Source: Thalia democratica (taxonomy: Eukaryota). From it: 64,000 bases of DNA. Positions within the stretch are counted from its first letter, which is position 1, and every line of letters starts with the position of its first letter. The stretch lies in the NCBI GenBank assembly GCA_965202585.1, contig OZ241831.1:13392001-13456000 (forward strand), written 5' to 3'. A model generated the notes under the pieces. That model was given only the letters and a program-made list of their open reading frames with translations, had not been told where the DNA came from and searched no databases. Shown piece after piece: positions 47,485 to 62,177 of the stretch. The translations under genes were made by a program, and so were the position numbers.

Positions 47485-50400
47485 ATGGCTGATCAAAATA
47501 TGAAGACGAGAAACTATATGTATAGTCAAATCATAAGTCAGTTACAAAATGATGGTTACGGTCAAATTGCTCAAAACTTGATAAATCAAGTGAAACCAGA
47601 CAGACTATATCAGCCATCAAGCAAACTTTTTGAGGTTTACAAAAATGAAATTGGAAAGGTAAACTTAAAACTTTAGTTCTATAAACTGTTTTTGTTTAAC
47701 CAAAAAGTATTTAAAAAACTAATAATAACTTGTTTTTTTTTATATTCTTGAAAATACTTTTTGAACTTATAAAATGATATGTTACAAAATTCTTGACTGT
47801 TTTAAGTTTGTAAATTTTCATCCTCATAATCATGTTTCGTTATCAAAATGACAAGTTTAATTAAAATCTAAAACTTAAGATTAAGCAATAATTAGTTTTG
47901 TATGGCTTGTAGGGTTACATGACAATTCAAATTTGGACAATTCAAATTCCAACAATTCAAATTCTTAAAAGTATTACACAACTATATCTCAAACAGTTAT
48001 GTATATAAAAAATATGTATATAAAAAAAAGTGGTTGTAGATCTATTTAATAAAACTGTGTTACCAAAATATAAACTAAAGAGATTTCTTAAAATTACAAA
48101 AAAATACTATACTTTTAAATAAGCTTAGATATATCTCCAAAAACATTTAAAATAGTTTTTCAAAAAGAAAAAAAATGGTCTGTAGGTATAAATTAGACCT
48201 ATATACATATTTTTTATTTGGTTCATAAGTATCTTACTTTCTGATTTGAGGCCCATTAATTTTTTTAAGAACTTGAATTGTCTAAATTTAAATTGTCGTG
48301 CACCTGGCTTGTAGTATAAATTAAACAAAAAGATCAACTAAAAAATCCAATTTTGTTCCTAAAGTAATTAAGAGGTTAGGGAGTCCACCTTGCTTTTTAC
48401 AAGTTGATCTTATTTTGTGAGTTTTATTTAAGCTCAAAACATTTTCAACCACTTGGAGAAATTCAAAGTAACTTTTTAGATATAAGCAATCAAAGTTGGT
48501 GTGCTCAATAGCATCCTTATGAAAGGCGCAAACCAAAAACACAAAAAAAAGACTATTTCACTAAAAATATATCATTTCCTTCATTTTCTAACCAACCTTC
48601 TACAAATTTTCACAATAGTCTGTTACTAATTTTAAAATCAATGTGTGCATGAATTTTTTTAATATAAAAAACCTGTTTTTTTTTTTTTAACAAAAATTTT
48701 ATTTTTTAATATTTTCAAAATTGCTACAGTCAAAGTCTTTTAAATTATAAAAGGAACCTTTACTGAAAACTTGAGGTCTCAAAAAATGAAGGAAAACATA
48801 TCTTTTTAGTGAATTTTTTAATTGCTGATAAAATTGACAATGAACAAATTGTAGTCCATAAGTTTGTATGGAAATTTTTTTTTAAAAACGTATGTATCTC
48901 ATAAACTAATTTAAACTTTGTATTCTATGTAATGTGACTTATACTTTATACTTTTGCTTTAATATAAGAACCTATGCTAAATTTACTCAAAAAATATTTA
49001 CCTCCCTATGCCCTTAATCGAGTCCATGTGAAGTTGTAAGAAACCTTTTTGAAACATTTTATAATTAAAATTTTTATTTTATTTTTATAAAAAGCAACTG
49101 GTTGTCGATTTAAAACTCTTTAAATTAGTTAGAAATTTCATTATGTATCACATTAAAACAGCAATCTAAAACTAAAAACATCATAAAAACTATTGTTCTT
49201 TTGCTATTTCAAAGCTTTTTGTTTTTTCTAATCTTTTAATAGATTTATAAGAATATAGATAACTATAATTATATTTTTTCTCATAATTTTTTTTTTATAA
49301 CTAATCTAAAGAACACAAAATACATTGTTTTTAATCATAAAATTAGTTTTTCACTCAAGTTCTGTTTAAAAATTTTGTTTAGAAATTAAGGTCTCTAGCT
49401 GGAAAATTATCTAAACAAAGATATCATTTGTACTGATTTTAAATTTCATTGTGAATATAAAATTGCATTCATACTTTTGTATAAATACTATCTGAGAAAT
49501 TAACTGTATAACAATTACAAAAACTATCTAGCAAGTACTTCAAACTTTGTTAAATTGATTTTTTATAGATTAAATAAAAAATTAAAGAAACTCTTTTAAA
49601 TTTAATTTATTGGGTCTGCATACCAAAAAATACTTTGAAAAAAAAAATAAAAAATAGTTTTAAAAACATTAGTAAATTAAACATGCTGTTAAAAATTACG
49701 TATTTAAAGAGAAAATGATTTAAAAGGCTTATTTATAGATACTACTCGATATGTGACTTATAATGGAAAATGTTGGGAATTAAATATTAGTGACAAGGGT
49801 TTTCCTAATGCAAGAAATAGAATAGATTTCAACTGGAAGTATTTATGTATACCTAATAGTTGTAATGGGTTAGGGAAAATTGCTCAGTTAAAAAACTCCT
49901 TAATCTAAAACTGTTATCTGGAGCTATTTAAAGATCGTATTAAAAGTACTTCATTTATATAATAAAAATTAAAGCTACTATATAAAATAAAATTATTCAT
50001 TCCAAAACATAACCCTTTTTGAATAACTATAGCTACTTTTTTAATTTAAAAATCCATGAGAGTTTTTCTATTTGCACATATAAACTTACAACCTTAATAT
50101 TAAAACTTATCTAATTAGTAAAAAATTGACTATGCAATTAAACCTACCAAAAAATTGAATTTTAGCTCAATATTTACTAAATTAAAACTCCAGTTTTTTA
50201 TATTCAAACTTGAATTAGAACTTTTTATTTTTGTAATTTAGTGCACATTTAAAACTAAATGGTGGTTCCTCATTTCAAAAAACTTTAAAAGAATATGTTA
50301 CAACATTTAAAAACTATGTTATTTTAACATGAGCTTCTGCCTTATAATTTTATCAACATAGTTTATTTATAATTAAGTTTTATAGTTTTTGATAAACTTA

Positions 50401-53400
50401 AAAACATAACTTTGATGTGACAGCTACCTAAATAAAAAAACTTAAACAAAGTAAAAATTGTAAACATTTTTTGTGAAGTATTTTATTGTTTTACAAACTA
50501 ATAAGATTTGTTCTTTTGATTAAATTAGGATGTTTCAAGTTTTCAATGCAAACTCAGTATGAAAACATATTGAAAAATGTGTTATTAATATGCCACAAGT
50601 TTGAGATTTTTTTTTTTTGAGTTTTCAAACTATCAGTTTTCCTGATCTTATCTAGTAAAAATTTACAATTACATACAAAAAGTATTTAACAGAGTGCCAC
50701 TCTTTTAAGCAAATGTTCAGTTTTAATATTTTTAACTAACTTTTTATTGGAGACCAACAGCAGCACTTTGCAAAAACTCATGAAGTATTGCACATTGGTT
50801 ATTTGACGAGTTATATTAATTGAATTTTTTCATTTTTAAATTTATAAAAATTAACTCATTTTAAAGTATCTAAATTAAAACAGCTTAAAGGATTTTATAA
50901 TTGATTTAATTTAAGTTTTCACTAGTACTAAAAAAAATTTATTAAAAATTTTGAATAATATTTTGCATAGTTATTTGCCTTCACTAAAAAAGAATGCTCA
51001 ATTTACTGGGATGTAAAGAGCTTATATAAATAGATTTATGCAAATTTTATATTTTATTCGCGACCGGTTTTGGTGGCAAGAGATTGCGACCTTTTCAAGC
51101 ATAAAATATTTCGATAACACTGAAATGTGTAAGTTTTTATAGAAAATGCGCTCGATGTTTCAGCAAAATAGTCATATTATGAATTATAAAGTCTTATATG
51201 AAGGCATCTTAAAAAACAAAGTTGAAACATTTAAAGCAGGTTGTTTTTCTTTAAACTTTTTTAGGTGGAGCAACTGCTTCAATGGCCCTCTGATTTAGGT
51301 GGTCAATAAATATTGAGTCTCTTTTATTAAGAAATGCTTTAGATTTTGTTTTTGTGTTTATATAAGGCATCTTTAATTGAAGTTAAGATTTTGTATTTAT
51401 TATTATACTCAGTGATCTAAAATAAAAAAAGTCTTTATTTTATTGAAAATATTTTTTTATTAAAAAATGAAGTTAGCGGGAATTAAATATACAATTTTTA
51501 AAACATTTAACACAAGCATTAATAGGTTGATCAAGATCACAGAGCCAAAGCTCTGATAAACCAAGAAACTTGCTCGGGACTTGATCTAGAATTTGATCCT
51601 AATGAAAAAGAGGTTTAAAATAATAATTTTATAACAATTTTTATCCATACTATTGACGCTTTTTGTATTAAACAATGATATGGTATCAAGTTTTATTTCT
51701 AAATGTTTAAATTTTTTTGTTTGTAAAGATATTAATACTTTGATTACTTTTGAATTTATTTTTTTATTTTATTTAAAACCAGTTAAAATAATAAATCTGT
51801 TTTTTTTTAAATATTGCTTTTATCTTTATAAGATCGTGTGTATACGTAACTAATTCGTAAAGTTACTTTTAAATTTCAATCTTTTTCACAATTAAGTAGC
51901 ACCAAACATGTTTTATTAATTTTAATGTGTTGTTTTTTTTGTAATTTTAGAAAGATCTACCAACGTTTTTATTTTCAACCTTATGTAAACTTTAACTAAG
52001 TTTTTCAAATATTATAAGTCAAAAAACTTTATACAGATAAAATCGCCACAAGCCTCAACATATGAAACTTGCTACGTGACATCGCACAAGGGACCTTGCA
52101 GAGCTGCAGTCTTCTCAAAAAACGGTCTTTACATTGCCACTGGTTCTGTTGATTACTCCATAAAGATACTGGTTAGTTTAAACACCGTATGAAACTTTAG
52201 AATAAGTTTATAATAATCATCATGCGCATGTATGATCTATATAGAAATAATAATACAACTAGTTTTATCTCATTGTTCAAGTCCTATTATTTTTACACAT
52301 ATTTTCCATTGTTAAAGATTCACAAGCAAAACTAAGTATTAAAAAGAAGCTATGTTCCATTTGCTTTTGAAGGTTTTCAAATTAGTACTGATTTGGTTAA
52401 ACAAAAAATTTTAATTACCTTTTATTGTGACAAACAACTTTTTTTTTAAAGTTACCCTTCAAATCAAAATGTCTTGAACAAAAGTATTCTAAAAGTTATT
52501 GTTAAGTTTATTTTTGTTCTAAATTAGAAATTTGCTACTACTTTTGAATAATACTAAATTTTAAAGTGTTTACTAAATGATGAAAGGACAAGTATTATTT
52601 ATTAGGACGTCGAAAGGATGCTCGCAAAGAACACGTCTCCCACCGAACTCGCTGCAATGCAGGCAACAATGCAGACCACTGAGCAGCTGGGCGACCATCC
52701 GGTCATCAGAACATTGTACGACCACTCGGACGAAGTCACCTGCCTCGACTTTCACCCTTTTCAGCAGGTTTTTATTTTATTTGTTTTTAAGTGATTGATG
52801 CTTTTTTAATATTCACTTTTATTGAATTAGTTATTAATATGTGAATTGTAATTATTTAATTAATGTTTTTAAGTAAGTTGAATACTTTTGTATTAGGTTT
52901 TACTTTTCGTTCACTAAAGTAGCTTACAGGCTATAAACTTAATTCAACCAAAATATGTTATTATCATTTCACTCTAAGTGAATTTTATTACAATTTATCG
53001 CAAGTACTGTCATCAACTGTTTATAAAATTGTGTTTGTTATACTAATGTATTTGTACAAAGTCTTGTATACAAAACCATACAATATTACAACTTAAGCTT
53101 ATAATATATAAGTATTTTATACAGTTCCACTTTTCATAAATTAAGTTAAAAAGTATTTTTTTTCAAAATATAAACTAATTTTATTATATCATCTCACTAA
53201 CAGATAGTAATTTCTGGGTCACGTGATTACACTGTGAAAGTTTTTGATTATTCAAAAAGCACAGTGAAAAGGTCAATTGCTACCATAAATGAAGTTGCTA
53301 AAGTTAGATCTGTCGCCGTTCATCCTACGGGTTTGTATAAAGTATTTTCAATGATATTTCAAAAAATTTATTAAAGTACTTTTATAAATACTATTCTTTT

Positions 53401-56400
53401 TTCTATGAAGATGCAAAAAAACTTGTACAATGTACATGTTAGTTGCATGGACAGTAATTAATGAATTTGCTGATGAAAAAACAGCAATCAACTTTGATGT
53501 TTTCTTTATGTTTTTCAGCTTTAATTTCAAGTTGCAAGCAGCAATAATTGTTTTTAAATCATTTATTATAAACCACTAGATTTTTTTTATTTGTAATGAC
53601 ATTTAAGGTCATAAGAAGGGAGGAGGTACGATATATATATTTTTTAATATTTCCCATCACCGTGTACAACCATCAACAATTTGTTTTAGATGGATTTTTA
53701 AATTCTGTTTGTAATTATGCTAGTAGTCGTCAAATAATATTAAAAACAATTCTAATATAAAAACATTTGAAAAATTTAAAATTTGCTATAAATTACAATT
53801 TCAAAAATTTTTTTTACATTACTTATCTAATCTCAGTTAATTAAGTTTTAACCTTTTTCTAAACAATTAGATTTTTGAAACTCAGTACATATCTAAAGTT
53901 TTTTGATCTTAATTTATATTAGATACAAATAAAATATCTATTTAGCAGATATGACAATACTGTTTATCTTAAATTTCTTTTAAAACCAACTAAAAAAGAA
54001 TTTTACTTAGATATGCCTATTTATTATCCAATTAAAATGCATCACAGGTGACTTCTTGCTGGTTGGAACGTACGCACCAGTGTTGCGCGTGTACGACATG
54101 GCAACACAAGCTTGTTTCGTCAGCCCCTGTGCCACCGACCACCACAAGGGACCCATCAACACGATTTCCTACTCACCACGCGGAAACTTGTTCTGCTCCG
54201 GCAGTCAAGATGGAGATATAAAGGTTTTTCCTATGTTTGTAATAATAATGTTTTTTTTTAATTTTATACAAAGTTGTGTTCAAATGAGTTTGAATAAAAG
54301 TAGTTATGGGTCCCAGTCTACTAGAGCTTATTGTTAGATGGATGATTAGGTGGTTTGTCATGAAATATAACGATATACTTTTTATAATTTATTGATAATT
54401 TTTGAAAAAAATAAAATAAAACTTAAATTAACACTAACTTTTAAACTTATGAAAATTTATTTGAATCATGAAATACGAATGCACGGGCTTGAAAGAATGA
54501 TGAGCTTTTATATAGAATTTTATAACCTACATAATACTTTATGTAAAAATACATCGTTTTTGTCAAAAGTTTTTGCCATCACTTTAATTCTTTAATTATG
54601 TGTAAAATTAACTGTGAAAGAAAAAATTGTCAACAACTACTTAAAGTATTGATTTTAGTCAAAAATTTATAGTGCATTAATTATGTTAATGTTAATAAAA
54701 AACTTAATTACTATTAGTCAATGAATTTTAATGTTTTTTTTTATGTATGATAATAGCATTGACAGTGTTTGTTATAATAATAATACTTATTGGATAAAAT
54801 ATACATTATTATTATGAGTGTTTCGGTTCGCTTATAAATAAACTAAAAAATGAATTAAAACTTAATTAAAAACTAAGATTAACATAAACTCTGTAAACTG
54901 GACAATTCAACTATTTGATTTAAAGTTTTACAAATTTGAATTTTAATCTAACCTGCCGCAGTTATGGGACGGCAGGAGCGGTCGCAACGTGCACACTTAC
55001 AAGTCGGCGCACAACAGCCAGCACGTGTCGAGCGTGCTGTTCAGCAGGAACGGAAAGTACGTGCTCAGTAGTGGCAAGGACAGCATATGCAAGCTGTGGG
55101 ACTTGTCCATGCCCAGCAACCCCGTTCAAGTGTACACGGGCGCCGACCTTTCCGGCAACAGACAGGTTTGTTTAAATATTCACAATTTTTTTGTGATTTA
55201 AGTTTATCTGCATGCAATTCTGTGGTTCACAAGTTGATTATAATTTAAAATCGGTTAATGCATTAATAAATATGACTTGTATTAAACATATTTTAAATTA
55301 TGACTTAATAAGTATTAAATGTTTAACAAGTACATATATACTTGTAAGATGGTTTTCATCGAATCACAAAAGCTAGTTATTTCTGTTTTTTTTTTTTATG
55401 CGTATAGAAATATAATTTAAAAAAAGAAAATGTTGAAAAGATAATGTTTTTACTATGATTATTTTGCTAATAATTCTGTTTTTAAAATTTTATAAATCAA
55501 AGTATTGTTTTAAAAGTTTTACTGTTTATAAATTTAATTTTCAAAATTAGTTTTGTTTATACAAAACGAGTTTGAAAAGTAAATTGCAGCTAATTGTAAG
55601 GGTAGGGAGTACAGCACATATTTTTAGTCATATTGTAAAATTCATATTAGTCCATATGATTTGGATGTTTTGCTTCATTAAGGAAGAATCTAAAAAAAAG
55701 TATGCCGCCTAAAAAAACTAATTTCAACCCCAAAAATCACATATTTTTTGATTTTTTGACTTACATAGTAATTAAATTACTTATACATGTCCTAGACTTA
55801 TAATTTATATTTTAAATAAAAGCTTATACTTATTGACATAGATTTAAAGACATATTTACTGCTTTTGATGCATAATGACGTCATAATCACCCTAAATATG
55901 CAAATTTTGTCTGTAAAATGGTCCTTTAAAAAAAAAAAAGCATAGCTTGTTAGTTATTTAATTAAAAAATAATTATTTTAAAACAAAATTTTTTAGGTAT
56001 ACTTCTTACTTTTAAAAATTTGTTGATGTGGTATGTATAATAGCAGAATATTTAAAATCATAGTTCATTTAGTTTTAAGTGTTTAAAAAACCCTTAAATA
56101 GTTATTCAATTAACTTATCAAAAACAAATTAAAGATATATTAAAAAGTTATTATTTATTATAGGCAAGATAATGTTATATAGCATTGAACATTAAGTTAA
56201 TGATTGCAAATTAGAGACTTTTACAAAGAAATAAAGAACATTGCAAAATAAAACGAACATTGTACTGTATCATTTCGTATTAACACCTAACATTATTGCA
56301 AGATGACTGATACTTAAAAAAATATAAGTATAAAAAAGCTGTCACATGGTTAATAAAATCTAATGGACTATATGTTTGAAATAATTAGGTAAACATAATA

Positions 56401-57928
56401 CTCTTAAAGGTTTAAAGAAACTATCATTTAACTTTCTGTAAAAGACATCTGTTCTACTAAAAAATATATTTGGATATGGTTTCTCAGTGAAAAGTAATAG
56501 ATGTTTCATTAGAAACATTACATTCCCCTTCAATTTTACAATCAAGTTAGGATCTATATGCAAGTTCAGCAAATCACGTTTAGGTGGGTGTTTTCACTTT
56601 AAATTATTTCCATCTCGAACTCTCATGAGGTGGGTCAGCATGTAAGTCCCATCATTATTTTAACATTCACAAGTAGCAATATACCACGTGTCTGATGATC
56701 TTCCACTAATTAATGTGGCATAATAATGCCCTCTCAAAATATCTTTATTTTTTCGTTCTGTATATTGGGGGAAGAAGCCCCCACAATTAATGCTGCATCA
56801 GCGTTTGTTGGTAGTGAACACAGAGACTGAGAGCACTTATCATCTTCTGCAACAAGAGCACATAAATTGTAGTTATTATAAGTAAGTAGCATTAAATTAT
56901 GTTTTAAATATTTCAATTCTGTCTAAGACTAGTTATTACCTTAAGTTAAATTTTTTACAAGAATTGACAAAAAACTTGTAATTTCAAAGCCTGGAAGAAA
57001 TTCAGAAAACCTGAAAAAAAAGTACAGAAAACCTAATGCTACGCTGTTGATATGTATATATTTATATTTCAAAGTGTTATAGATTGAGGGATTCTTTTTA
57101 TTTAGATTTTTATAAACAACTGTTTATTACTCAAATTGAAACTGACAAAATGACTAAGAAAAGTTTATTTTTGTCAAGTTGATGCTTTGGTGGCAAAGTA
57201 CTTAAATTTGTTTGGATGCATAAATATAGTGTGTTCGTCAAATTGCTACCTTGTGGGGTTGATAAACGATACAAACCATTTGGGGTTTACATGTTAATGA
57301 TTATGCGGTACATTCGAGGGCTTATAGCCAAGTTGGGAGTGAATACAAGTTCAAGTTTAATCTAAAGTCAAAAACGCGCCAGTGTGAAACTGATGGGTTT
57401 GAAATTCGTCATACAAAAACGTAAGGCTCCTCGGTGTTGTACTTTTTCAAAGTAAGAAATGTGTTTTCATATTGTTAAATTTCAAAAGCTATGTATTAAG
57501 GTTTTTTACATTTTGTAGACAGAAAAGTTGATTAATCACTTAGTTGCAGTTCTACATTAGAAAGAGTAACTAAACATAATAAATTATTAGAAAATCGTTG
57601 AACTATTTAACTTTATTTTACGACCACGCCCAAACAACTTATTCTTTTTTTTCCCCCAAGTTGTTACCAGCTGACAAAACAAACCGAACAGATCCACCGC
57701 ACGCAGGCCGTGTTCAACCACAACGAGGACCTGGTCATGTTCCCCAACGAGGAGACGATGACGCTGTGCTGCTGGTGCGCCAGGAGCGGGGAGAGGCAGC
57801 AGCTGCTGTCGCTGGGCCACCAGGCGCCCGCCAGGAGGATCGCCCACTCGCCCACCAGCGCCGCCTTCATCACGTGCAGCGAGGACCACCGCGCCAGGTT
57901 CTGGTTCAAGAGGCCCGGATGCGATTGA
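47485..57928 (+). CDS. CSTF1: cleavage stimulation factor 50 kDa subunit (WD40 protein)
   Basis: Exons 47485-47658, 51526-51612, 52037-52171, 52606-52767, 53204-53330, 54048-54223, 54962-55165 and 57692-57928, with consistent phases. N-terminal dimerisation motif Y..IISQL..DGY..IA..LIN, then [83 protein letters not shown]. Confidence 0.97.
47912..48304. mobile_element. Mutator-like MITE in CSTF1 intron 1
   Basis: 9-bp direct repeat TGGCTTGTA (47903-47911 and 48305-48313), degenerate TIR GG.T.CA(T/C)GACAATT and subterminal GACAATTCAAATT repeats. Confidence 0.75.
48372..49013. mobile_element. TTAA-flanked fold-back MITE (family of 24473)
   Basis: TTAA flanks, right end CCTCCCTATGCCC|TTAA, and interior similar to 24473-25094. 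Confidence 0.72.
56360..56900 (-). pseudogene. decayed coding remnant, probably DNA-transposon-derived, in the last CSTF1 intron
   Basis: Minus strand reads [53 protein letters not shown]. It looks protein-like with in-frame stops and a frameshift; the family assignment is not certain. Confidence 0.45.
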
Positions 57929-58856
57929 AGCTCGATTGGAGAATGTCGAGTTTGGTTGTTGATTTTCGGTGTTTGTTTTCAATGCTCTCACGTTTTTAGT
58001 ATTTTTGTTGTGTTTCTATACTAAAGTTTTTTGATTATGATGATTTTTTTAATATAAAGAGTTAAAATTTTTTTAATTTAACTACGTTATTTTAATACAA
58101 TTTGTTAACTTAGAGAACTTTGATATTTTTTGAGCTCGTAAGCAAATACTATTGGCGCATTATCAGCTTGGTTTGTCAAAACTAACAAATATATATTTTA
58201 CCTTGGTATTTTCGTAACATTTGCTTTTTTTTTTATTAAGTTGTCATGATTCCTTAAATTTCTTAAATAGAAAGTTTTCGTTAAAAAATTCCTCGAGTTT
58301 TCTTAAGTTTTGGAAAAATACTGTAAAAACTTTTGAAAATTATTTAACTATTAATTTATAAAATTATTAGCTTCTTTACACGTTTTAAATTAGTTGTTTT
58401 TTATAATTTTAGAAATATCAAAATTTTGAAAATAAATTGTTACACTATCGCCGTTTACAGAATTTCACTATTTTTTAAATTTAAGTATGTCAACAACTAA
58501 TGAAATTTTAGCATAATCTTATTTTGACTGATTTTAAACTTTTTTTAGTTATAAAAAACATTACAACTATTAACTTTCAATTTGCCATAGGCAAGTGTAG
58601 ACTATAACAAAATCCAAGATGAAATATGCTTTGATTATCCACTTGTATTTTGTTTATTTACTAATTAAATTAATTTTGAAAAACAATGAGGCTTACCTAG
58701 TGTGATGTTAAAAAAATCGTACTTTAGTAGGATCTTGATTAAGTGTTTTGTATCATGTACTTATGTTTTGCAAAAATTAAAAATACTAGACAAGGCCTAG
58801 CATTATTTTTTGCATGTTATTTCTACAGAATTCATAAATTTGGAAGGAATACTTAA

Positions 58857-59049
58857 AGGTCAGTCTGATTTGCGTATTTGCTGAGTCAGTATTTAAAAGA
58901 ATTTTTGGTTTTATATATACCCTTAAGGCTGACCATAATTCAACTTATCAAATATATTAAAGGTAAATCAAAAAATTAAGTTTTAACAATTAAAATAAAA
59001 AATAACAAGTATTTTGCTAAATCAGCAAATATGCAAATCAGACTGACTA
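58857..59049. mobile_element. TTAA-flanked palindromic MITE
   Basis: TTAA|AGGTCAGTCTGATTTGC ... GCAAATCAGACTGACTA|TTAA. Confidence 0.8.
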
Positions 59050-62000
59050 TTAAGTATACTAGCCCATTAACTTCAAGGTCTTAATTAGTATAAGGCTATG
59101 CTGTGTTATTTTCATGTTTTCATAAAACCATACTTGACCATTATGAAAAATTACATACGTTCTTACAGAAAAATTAGGCTTAATGTCTACTGATTATTTT
59201 TAGTATAAATTATATAAATGTTATGTCTTTGCATCTTTTGAATTTTAAAAGTGGCATAAAATACGAAGTCGTAGTTTAAAATTAAATAGTTTTGTTATTG
59301 CTGTAGTTACTAAATAATTTTTATTAACTAACCTAAATTTAACAAATTTTTTTTAGTAATTTAATATATTTTCACATCAGTAAGGGACATCAAAACTTCC
59401 AACATATTTTAAAGTAAATTGTCTTAAATAAGTCCTTTTATATATCATCACTCCATATTTTCAAAAGTATTGAAATAAATGTCAATAATTAAAATAAAAT
59501 CAAGTATTATTAGAAGTAAGACTATTTAACTTAAATATCTAAACAGTATTGACAGGTAATTGAGTTAACATGTTTAAATAAGTTATGTTTTTCAAATTAA
59601 TAGGTTATAAATACGTTTAAACATTGTTAAATTAGTTACCGACGTTTTGAGTAAAACTTTAAGTTTTGCTAAGTATCTTTTATAGCTATATTACCTAACT
59701 ATTATATGTGTTATAAATAAATAGTAATAAAAATTTAACTTATCCTGCTAATTTGTTATAAAATAAACTGTGTTTCATGTTTCTTAATAAGTTAAATTTA
59801 ATGTTAGTAAAAACTTAAGTCATTTGTAGTATTTTTTGGTTTGTACTAAAAATTAATTAAACTTTTAATTGAGAACAAATAAAAAACGTTTTTAACACTT
59901 TACAGCACTGGTTTTAACGTTTTTAACACTAAAATTGGTTTAAAATTCAAAAGCACTTGAGCAAGTTGCACTTAATTATTGTTAAAATATATAGCGTTCA
60001 CATAGATATATTTATTTTAGATATAGGAGCAGTGTTATATTTTAAGTTTGTTTATTATCAAAGCAATACAAATATCACTTAATGAACCATTTTTTTTTTG
60101 AGTGAGCGTTTTGTTTCTGATTTTTTCTTATCAAGTCTTTATTTTGTAAAATTTAAAAAAATACCTTGTGTCTTAATCAACGAGAGTTTAGTAGTAATAA
60201 ATGCTACATTTTTATGTACAAATATTTTTCTTGAATCTTCTTTTCAGGTGTTTAGTACCAAGTATTAACAGTAGTGGTGTTTAAATACAGACTTATGTTC
60301 AGAGTTCTTGCTAATGACACGTATTATCATAATATTGTATTAGAATTGTGAAGTATTTAAAATGTTAGAAAACGATATTAAAACACTCTCTATCATAATT
60401 ACAAACTTAAGGTGAACAAAAAGTGATATAATAGATATTAACATTTAAAAGTTTGCTAATCTACGTATACTTTTAATAAAACTAAGTATAAAAATATATT
60501 ATTAACAGTTTAAAAGTCTTAAAAAATAGCTAATATTTATTTAAACGGTAATAAACAACTTTGTAAGACTAGGTTTTTTACTTTATAAACAAAAAGTAAT
60601 TACTATTACCCTGGTTTTTTTTTGCAAATAGTTTATTATATGGAAAATAGATTATTATATGGAACTGATATATAAAAAAGAATAATTCCTGTTTTTAACA
60701 GTTGATAATTTTTTTTTAATGAAAACGGACAAGAACTTGTCTAAAAGGTTGATTTGTTTTAGCTTTTGACTTCTCAGATTTTTACAATAACTCATAAAAC
60801 GTATTAGCACTTAATAATTTTTGAAATAGTTTCTATTTTACTTGTTAGGAACGAAATAAGGATACATCTTCTATACTAAACTTTGAAAGTCTCGTATGTA
60901 CCTACTCGAACAGAAAAAAAAATCGTTTTTATATGAAAACAATATATTGTTTCAGGTTTAAACTTCAGAAAACATATTTTGTATTTTTCTCACCAAAAAT
61001 ATTTAAATGCCTGCAAAAAATAACCAAATTTAATATTGTACTAGTCAATGAAACTGATAAATATAATAATGTATAAATAATAATAAGGCCTTGCTGAAAG
61101 TTTAATAAATTAATTTAAAAATATTTTGTTGGCAAATGCGTTCATGTAAATGTTTAAATAGCTCATAAAAACGTTGATCCTCTTATTTTTGTTTTTAAGT
61201 AAGCCAAGTAATGATGAATATCTGCCTACCCTTGAAGTTTCTAGGTAAAAAATATTTATTAAAGAATAAAAGCAAAAAAGAAATACTTGAACTTTTTATT
61301 TAGTTTGTTTGATAAACACTAGTAGTTTTTCTTTGCAGTGTAAACATTGCTTTTAAACTTCATGAAGTAATTACTTTATGCTGTAATCTAATAAAATCAA
61401 ATAAAGTTTTATAAATGTCTTTTGTTAGATAATTTAAAATCAGTATAGAATTTTCGACAAAACATACAATTACATATATTTTATATTATAAGTATTAGAC
61501 CCTTTTTAAGTGTGTCGCTACTAAAAATAGTTTTGAAACCGTAAAAATTAGAGTGATATTTAAAACAACTATATGCTGTATATACATTTTTAAATTAATA
61601 AGATAAAATTTGCAAAAAAAAAGGTGTTTAATGAAATCAAGCTTAAATTCTTTATAGTTCATTAAAAAGTTTTTCTTGAAAAATATATGAAAATTCAAGT
61701 GTTTGGTAGTAAAGCTTGTAGACTTCATTTTAATTTTGTGAAAAAAAATTTCAAACGTTTTTTATAAACAAGTAACATACATTTGTTAGGTTTATAACAT
61801 AAAAACTATTATTGTTTATAAAAGTTTATAAAACAACATGATAGAAGAAGAATATTGTCATATCTCCTACATGAAATTGATGTCGTACAAAACAGTTGTT
61901 CAAGTATAGATCGTATACCTATTAGATTATTTTCATCTTATAAGATTAATAACTTGTACACAAAAACAACTTAAACCAAAGTATATTACTAAAAAGTTAA

Positions 62001-62177
62001 ATATATAGTTATTTATATTAAAAAAAATGATACATAATTTAATTTTGCACTTTATTGATTTTATAAATATAACATAAATTCAAGCAGGTTTAAAAAATGT
62101 TTTTTTGTAAAAATTTTAAAGTTAATTGTTAGTTGTTAAAATAGTTGTTTTTAAACATGTTTTAATTGTTCTAAAAC

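Noticed and set aside
57180-57460. Moderately GC-rich intronic stretch in CSTF1
   Set aside because: Short open frames with no identifiable motif; it cannot be fitted into the CSTF1 reading frame, which is already complete.
57587-57999. Overlapping ORFs of 134, 133 and 81 aa around the last CSTF1 exon (and similar ones at 28409, 30137, 30150, 39785, 52577, 54936)
   Set aside because: They are alternative-frame or antisense shadows of high-GC3 exons.
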